DNA from: Squalus acanthias
Lineage: Eukaryota
Reading direction: 5' to 3'
Length of the DNA: 64,000 nt
NCBI GenBank assembly: GCA_030390025.1
Contig: CM059432.1
Span: 101,930,001-101,994,000, forward strand
This document shows, piece by piece, positions 56,848 to 64,000 of the stretch (position 1 is the first letter of the stretch; every line of letters starts with the position of its first letter). Both the position numbers and the translations under genes were made by a program. Below the pieces are notes generated by a model. It was not told the origin of the DNA, searched no databases, and was given only the letters and a program-made list of their open reading frames with translations.

Positions 56848-58035
56848 CAACTGCCTTCTGAAAAAAAATAACATTAAAAAGAATTCCAAATGGGAGTCTT
56901 CAGCTCTTAAAGTTGAATACCCTTCTGTACCGAAAAAAATTGGGAAAAGTGCTTCAGCACTAACACAAATGGCTCAGCAAGCCAGGGAAGGGGCACACAG
57001 GGTCTCACACGCAGCACTCCAGCTTTGTGCAGGGGTCTAACACTGCAAGAGAGGTCCTCTACCCACATGGGCAAGGAGGCTTTCCAGAAAGAAGGATGTG
57101 GGACCAGATCACCTAGGCCATCACTGCCAGCAGTGTCACCCTCATGACCTGGCTCAAGTTCACAAAGAAGCTTCATTACCTCAGACTACTGGTCAAGGTC
57201 AGTGAATGCATCTTCAAAAGCCATCTCCTACCAACTGCATCACTAGCCTCACACATTGCACAATCCACGACTCCACCCCCCCCGCCCCGCCCAATCGCTC
57301 ACCTACCAACAATTTTTACCAAACACAAGTCACACCTCCAATTCCTAGCATCACCTCACCCCCTTGGAGGAGATGGTGCTTGCCATTCTTGGCCAGTGGT
57401 GGGGCTGAAACAATACAAGATGCTGGCAACCTCATATGATATCCTCCTTCTTGCATGCACCTCTTGCTTTCCTGCCCTCCATTCACCACAACTCCACCCT
57501 TGTGCCTTCCTCATTTCACACACCCAAGAAATGCAGCCTGCCCAGCCAATGGTTGACCAAGAATAGGGAGAGGAGAGTGAAGAAGAAGAAGAAACACTGT
57601 CACTTGATTTGACACTCCCAGCCATTAGCTCCTCAAGGTCGACCAGCAAAACCATCTACAGTGTCCCCCACTGAAAGTCAGCAGCCTTCCACCAGTCATG
57701 CTGCAGCCACTGGGGTAGCATTGTGTGACATCAGGAGGGTAGGCAAAGGCACACACAAGACAGTCACTAAGGAAATGCACAAGGATGATGAGTTGATTTC
57801 TTGATGTCATATTGGATGAATAGATGTAAAAGTTGGATTGGAAAGTTTGCTTTGTGGTGTCTTTTATTTCAGCATTGTGGCCAAGAGGACGCTGTGATGG
57901 TCAGTAACAGAGGGAAGGTAAGGTGTGGGACTAATGTTGAAAGGGGTATTGGGGTTGTGTTCACTGGTACCACAGGTGGATGATTCCATCCCGGATAGCC
58001 CGGCCAGAAGGGGCTGTCTGGGTTGCATCCTTCCT

Positions 58036-58440
58036 TCTGCTTCCTCCACTTCTGTTTCCTCCACTTCTGTTTCCTCCTCTTCTGCTTCCTCCTCTTCTGT
58101 TTCCTCCTCTTCTGCTTCCTCCACTTCTGTTTCCTCCTCTTCTGCTTCCTCCTCTTCTGCTTCCTCCACTTCTGCTTCCTCCTCTTCTGCTTCCTCCACT
58201 TCTGTTTCCTCCTCTTCTGCTTCCTCCTCTTCTGCTTCCTCCACTTCTGTTTCCTCCTCTTCTGCTTCCTCCTCTTCTGTTTCCTCCTCTTCTGCTTCCT
58301 CCTCTTCTGCTTCCTCCACTTCTGCTTCCTCCTCTTCTGCTTCCTCCACTTCTGTTTCCTCCTCTTCTGCTTCCTCCTCTTCTGTTTCCTCCTCTTCTGC
58401 TTCCTCCTCTTCTGTTTCCTCCTCTTCTGCATCTTCCTCT
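58036..58440. repeat. 15-bp minisatellite, 27 copies
   Basis: TCTG(C/T)TTCCTCC(T/A)CT. Confidence 0.97.
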
Positions 58441-58458
58441 TCCCTCTGCGAGCAAATA

Positions 58459-58590
58459 CTGTAAATCTGAAATAAAAGCATAAAATGCTGGAAATACTCA
58501 GCAGGTCAGGCAGCATCTCGACCTGAGACGTGAAACTCTGTTTCTCTCTCCTCGGATGCTGCCTGACTTGCTGAGTATTTCCAGCATTTT
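58459..58590. mobile_element. Fold-back PLE-derived element with central deletion
   Basis: 36-bp inverted arms 58482-58517 / 58555-58590 with 1 mismatch; residual GACCTGAGACGT. Confidence 0.8.
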
Positions 58591-59277
58591 CTCAGAGGCC
58601 TTCCCTTATCATCCGAGGCTTTGCAAGCGTCCAGCAGCACTCCCTGCACAGTTAAAAAAACTTTTAACATGTATTGCACCAAGCCACTACTTCAATAAAA
58701 TAAAAAAAGATCCTGTCCAAAAGCTTAAATGCAAACTTAACTGAGAGATGTGTGTGTCCCTTTACGAAGTGCTGACAGCATCTCTGTCAGTCTGCTGAAT
58801 GCTTGCTTTTCAGAGCGAGCTTAAGACCAGCGCTGAACTCAGCGCTGAGTTCAAAGTTCGTATAGCTGACGCTAAGTTGGCATTGCACACCGACTGACGT
58901 CACGCTCTCTTCATTTACATCTCCAGGGCCAGCGCTGCTATCGGCAGCGCTAAGGCCCTCACCAAAATGGCGGCTGCCGCGTCCTGCTCCAGAAAAAGGC
59001 GCTGGAGTGGCGGGTGCCATCTTTCGCCATGATTCCAGCACTAATGGGTGGCGCTAAGGTAGAGATAGTCCAGGCCTATATATATTGAGCCCTATTAAAC
59101 ATTGGAACTGAATTCCTTTTAAAATTCAGTAGGTGCATTTTACAGTTTGTGAAACTGCAAACCACAACAAAAGTTGGGTGATAGAGGCTGAAAATATAAA
59201 CTACCTCATGCCAATTTGCTGAAATGTGTGCGTGATGTTGCACCGTCCACTACTTACATTTGAAAAAAAAGCATTTT

Positions 59278-59650
59278 TACTCTTCCTCTCTTGAAATTTG
59301 TAGTCCTGCTGAGGTACAGTTCCACAGGCATGAGCTGCCACCCCCCAATTTATATACATGCCCATTCTTCATGATTGTTGGCAAACTATTCTACCATGGA
59401 GAGCATCATAGCTGAGCACCAGTCTATACTCACCCAACATCCACACACACGCACCTTCCAATAGGAGTCACTGGATAGTTAATAAAGATCTGGCTAGCTG
59501 ATTTTCACATCTTTCCACTCTCTAGCCTACAGGCAATGATACCATTTATAGTGCCCCAATTACTGTCCTTGCTGAGATCAGCAAACTCAGCACAGCTCCG
59601 GGACGCAAACCCGAGACCTTCGGTGTGTCTTACCACCATTTACTCACTGG
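59278..59650 (-). mobile_element. Old tRNA-derived SINE
   Basis: Minus-strand degenerate B-box followed by TGTGCTGAGTTTGCTGATCTCAGC body. Confidence 0.55.
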
Positions 59651-61364
59651 ATTTTATGTTTTTATTTTGTGAGAGTAAGTCTCCCTCATGTTTCAATAAT
59701 TCTTGCCCCTATCTCTGGTCTCCCTGCTGAAACTGCAGCTGTTAAGGTGGAATGGTGAGGTGTTCCCCCAGACCTCTGTCAGTCTTCAATGGAAACGAGA
59801 ATTGGGAGAAGTCTTTAACCTGTGGCCAAGCCAATATTATGCATTTTATACTGTCCAAAGTCAAAATTATCCACTCATAATTTTAAGTTATATAAGCATT
59901 TAGTAATTTTATATCAACTTGTTTCAGAAATTTCTGTCCCATCATGTTCAAGGTCCTCATTTGTAAGGACATTTGTACCACTTCACAATTAGTCCCATGT
60001 CTCTTTAATTATGAAGTAAATTTAAGTGTCAGAGTCTACAAGAATAAAAAAGGCTGAGGAAGAGAACAATATGGATCCAAATGTTATCAGCTATACATGT
60101 AGTTTCTGTCGATCTGAAGCCAGAGCAGATGTCTAAGAAACTTTCAGATTGGGCTCTTTGCATTTTTTCCCTCAAACAACAGAACACATATGAACAATGT
60201 GAATGGGGGCTAGAAAAACGAGCATAATGCAGATCATTGGCAGTGGCAACTATGTATGGGATATGTGCTAATCCATGTGGATAACCTAAAGCCTTCCCTG
60301 AAAACTAGGGACACATTATTGAGAGTCAAAGGTGAAAAGCCAAGGCTGAAAAGAGAAAGATTAGGTAAATCACAAAGTAGTGATTAGGGAACCTGAGATA
60401 GAGATAGGCAAAACAGAGTCCGACAACCATCCCAGAATAATAGAACATATATCATAATATATGAAAAGTCAGCATTTTAGACCCAGTTTTTATTTGTCTG
60501 CATTTACAGCTTAGAATCAGCACCAATTTAAACTTCCCATATTCCTTGGAGGATGGCCCATGAGCCGCCATGGCTCAACTCTCTGCACCCATGCTGCTGC
60601 AATGCATGGCTTCCACACTTGGAGCAGATTTCACTCATGTCATTGAAACCATTGTTGGGGCTCCAACTAGCTTAGCAGGATAGTAGGAATTGCTCTTTCT
60701 CACTCATTACTAGCCCCTTCCTGAAAGCTAAGACGGTCTGGAAACAGCAGTGCATCCATTTAAAAAAAAGAGAAACTGGTTCTGTGTTTCTGCAATATGC
60801 AATCAAGTGGGATTGTTCGTATATCTAACATTGGACAGAAACCTTGCACCATCACCTGTCTTTATTATAGTCCTTCCTACAATATTGACACTTGGAACAG
60901 TGGAACTTGGCTCACAGATTGTTTGAAAGAATCTCAAGCTCTTCCTATCTTTGCAGGGTTGACATTTTGGAGGAAGGTGGTTTATTTTGACACAATCTTG
61001 TTTATTTTTGTTTTGAAAAAAAAACCTTATTGTTGTAGTGTATCTCCCTAATGGGTAAAAATAGACTGAAAATTCTAACTTTGACTTTTTTACAGACCTG
61101 TCAAGTTTCACTTGTTTCTGGTTTATAAACTTAACCTAGGTCAATGCTGCACTCTCTTATGGTTTGCAGTCTAACTCTCTTTTTCATCACAAATGATCAA
61201 AAAGCAGCAATGTCTCTTTTGATGCTGTCAGTGATGTGTTTAGGTGCCAGGCACAGTGAGGTTGGCATTTCACATGTTTTGTCAGTATTTGTCCATACGT
61301 GCAGATAAAAATCAATGTCAGCAAGTAGACTGATTAAAGCCTCCAGAATGGTATTTCATGGAGA

Positions 61365-61955
61365 TTCAACAACAACTTTTAAGGTAGCAAAAGGTTCCAA
61401 GATGCTTCATAGGAGTGTTAACAAACAAAATTTGACACTGAGCTACGTAAGGAGATATTAGGAGAGATGACCAAAAGCTCGGTGAAAGAGGTAGATTTTA
61501 AGGAGTGTCTTAAAGGAGGAGAGAGAGCTAGAGAGGTGGAGAGGCTTACGGAGGGAATTCCAGAGTTAGAGCCTAGGCAGTTGAAGCCACAGTCACCAAT
61601 AGTGGAGCAAAGAAAATCAGGGATTCGCAAGATACCAGATTGGAGGAGCATCGAGATCTGGGAATGTTGCAGGGCTAGAGGAGGTTAAAGAGTTGGGAGG
61701 GGGTGAGGCCATAAAAACAAGGATGAGAATTTTAAAATTGACGCGTTGCTGGACCTCTACCTCGACCACTACCTTCGTTGCCTCTGTGTTGTCAGTCTGC
61801 TTGTCTGACATCCAGTCCGAGCTGAGCCGTAATTTCCTCCAATTAAATATTGGGAAGAAAGAAGCCCTTGTCTTCAGCCCCCGCCACAAACACCATTCCC
61901 TCACCACCATTTCCATCCACCTCCCTGGCTAATGCCTTACGATGAATCAGATTGT
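61365..61955. mobile_element. L2 LINE fragments (minus ~61365-61750, plus ~61750-61955)
   Basis: QRVNFKILILVF; CLSDIQSELSRNFLQLNIGK. Confidence 0.8.
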
Positions 61956-61956
61956 T

Positions 61957-63775
61957 GCTGCAGTACATCTTGTAGATGGTCCACACTGCAGCCACGGTGT
62001 GCCGGTGAATGTTTAAGGTAGTGGATGGGGGGCCGATCAAGCAGGCTGCTTTGTCCTGGATGGTATTGAGCTTCTTGAGTGTTGTTGGAGCTGCACTCAT
62101 CCAGGCAAGTGGAGAATATTCTATCAAACTCCTGACTTGTGCCTTGTAGATGGTGGAAAGGAGTCAGAAGGTGAGACACTTCCCACAGAATACCCAGCCT
62201 CTGACCTGCTCTTGTAGCTACAGTGTTTATGTGACTGGTCCAGTTAAGTTTCTGGTCAACGGTGACCCCCAGAATGTTGGTGATAGGCGATTCGGCGCTG
62301 GTAATGCCATTGAATGTCAAGGGGCAGTGGTTAGACTCTCTATTGTTGGAGATAGTCATTGCCTGCCACTTGTGTGGCACGAATGTTACTTGCTACTTAT
62401 CAGCCCAAGCCTAAATGTCGTCCAGGTCTTGCTGCATGCGGGCCTGGGCCGCTTCATTATCTGAGGAGTTGTGAATTGAACTGAACACTGTGCAACCATC
62501 AGCAAACATCACTACGTCTGACCCTATGATGGAGGGAAGGCCATTGATGAAGCAGCTGAAGATGGTTGGGCCTAAGACACTGACCTGAGTAACTCCTGCA
62601 GTGATGTCCTGGGGCTGAAATGATTAGCCTCCAACAACCACAATCATCTTCCATTTTGCTAGGTATGACTCCAGTCAGTGGAGAGTTTCCCCCCCCGATT
62701 CCCATTGACTTTAATTTTACTAGGGCTCCTTGATGCCATGCTCGGTCAAATGCTGCCTTGATGTCTAGGGCAGTCACTCTCACCTCACCTCTGGAATTCA
62801 GCTCTTTTGTCCATGTTTGGACCAAAGCTGTAATGAGGCCTGGAGCTGAGTGGTCCTGGTGGAACCTGAACTGAGCGTTGGTGAGCAGGTTATTGTTGAG
62901 TAACTGCCACTTGATAGCACTGTCGACGACACCTTCCATCACTTTGCTGATGATTGAGAGTAGACTGATAGGGCGGTGATGTGGCGGATTGGATTTGTCC
63001 TACTTTTTGTGGACAGAACATACCTTGGCAGTTTTCCATTTTGTCGGGTCGATGCCAGTGTTGTAGCTCTACTGGAACAGCTTGGCTAGAGGTGTGGCTA
63101 GTTCTGGAGCACAAGTCTTCAGCACAACAGTCGGAATCCATAGCCTTTGTTGTACCAAGTGTGCTCAGCTGTTTTTTGATACCACGTGGAGTGAATTGAA
63201 TTGGCTGACTTCTGCTTCTGTGATGGTGGGGACCAGAGGAGGAGGCTGAGATGGATCATCCACTAGGCACTTCTGGCTGAAGAGGGTTGCAAATGCTTCA
63301 GCCTTGTCTTGTACACTCATGTGCTGGGTCCCACCATCATTGAGGATGGGGATGTTCATGGAGCCTCCTCCTCCCGTTAGTTGTTTAATTGTCCACCACA
63401 CTATTCATGACTGGATGTGACAGGACTGCAGAGCTTTGATCTGATCCGTTGGTTGTGGGATCGCTTAGCTCTGTCTATAGCATGCTGTTTCCGGTGTTTA
63501 GCATGCATATATTGGTTACAGATTTTGGTGAACTACAAGTCTGCTACTGCTGATGGCCCACAGTGCCTCATGGATGCCCAGTTTTGAGCTGCTAGATCTG
63601 TTCTGAATCTATCCCATTTAGCACAATGGTACTTTGTCTCCATAAGGATTGTGTGGTGGTCACTACTACCAATACTGTCATGGACAGAGGCATCTGTGAC
63701 AGGTAGATTGGTGAGGACGAGGTCAAGTAGGTTTCTGCCTCGTGTTGGTTCTCTCACCACCTGCCGCAGTCCCAG
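61957..63775 (-). mobile_element. CR1-group LINE ORF2 fragment
   Basis: PTRGRNLLDLVLTN, ALDIKAAFDRAWH, ILGVTVDQKLNW. Confidence 0.9.
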
Positions 63776-64000
63776 TGCCAATTGTTGTCTAATTACGCTC
63801 CTGTGAAGTTCATTGGAACATTTTCCTACATTAAAGGTGCTAGATAAATGCAAGTTGTTGTTAAGATGTCTGTCAGTCTCCCCTGCACAGTTTAAGCACT
63901 ACCTTCTTGGGACAGCTATGGATGAGCATAAATGCAGTCTTGCCAGCATCACCCATGTCTCAAGAACAGATGAAAATTCATGTCAGAAAAATTCCATGTC

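Larger units (their letters stand above)
56200..59076. mobile_element. Harbinger derivative (SANT remnant on plus strand, probable transposase 3' remnant on minus strand)
   Basis: GGGCCAGAAATT left end; MAQQAREGAHRVSHAALQ; blocks colinear with 48120-50110. Confidence 0.7.

Noticed and set aside
57864..58516. Long Glu-, Arg/Lys-, Ser- and Leu/Pro-rich ORFs
   Set aside because: Artefacts of a stop-free 15-bp tandem repeat

Overview
Eukaryotic, repeat-dense vertebrate DNA; the HE1 (V-SINE) and SacSINE1-like (Deu-SINE) SINEs and CR1 LINEs point to a cartilaginous fish, most likely a shark. Most of the window is transposable elements: CR1-group LINEs, L2, RTE, Tx1/L1 and Vingi fragments, PIF/Harbinger derivatives and MITEs, solo LTRs and two Penelope-like elements (PLEs). 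One PLE has an uninterrupted 666-codon RT plus GIY-YIG ORF. Both PLEs carry a minimal hammerhead ribozyme motif in the 3' region, and non-autonomous fold-back copies of that region are dispersed in the window. Host features are sparse. There is an NRF1-motif promoter near 37.45 kb, next to a 1.88-kb solo-LTR-like insertion that splits a G-rich minisatellite. There is also the apparent start of an unidentified plus-strand gene (ATG|GT at 53260-53262 spliced to a 265-nt exon at 54086-54350). Other notable structures are a LINE with a tRNA-like head and no ORF1, and MITEs carrying an NRF1 motif, three splice donors and a structure-conserved hairpin. No CRISPR arrays, rRNA genes, true tRNA genes or prokaryotic genes were seen. 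All family names come from recognition by eye, and boundaries of old repeats are approximate.
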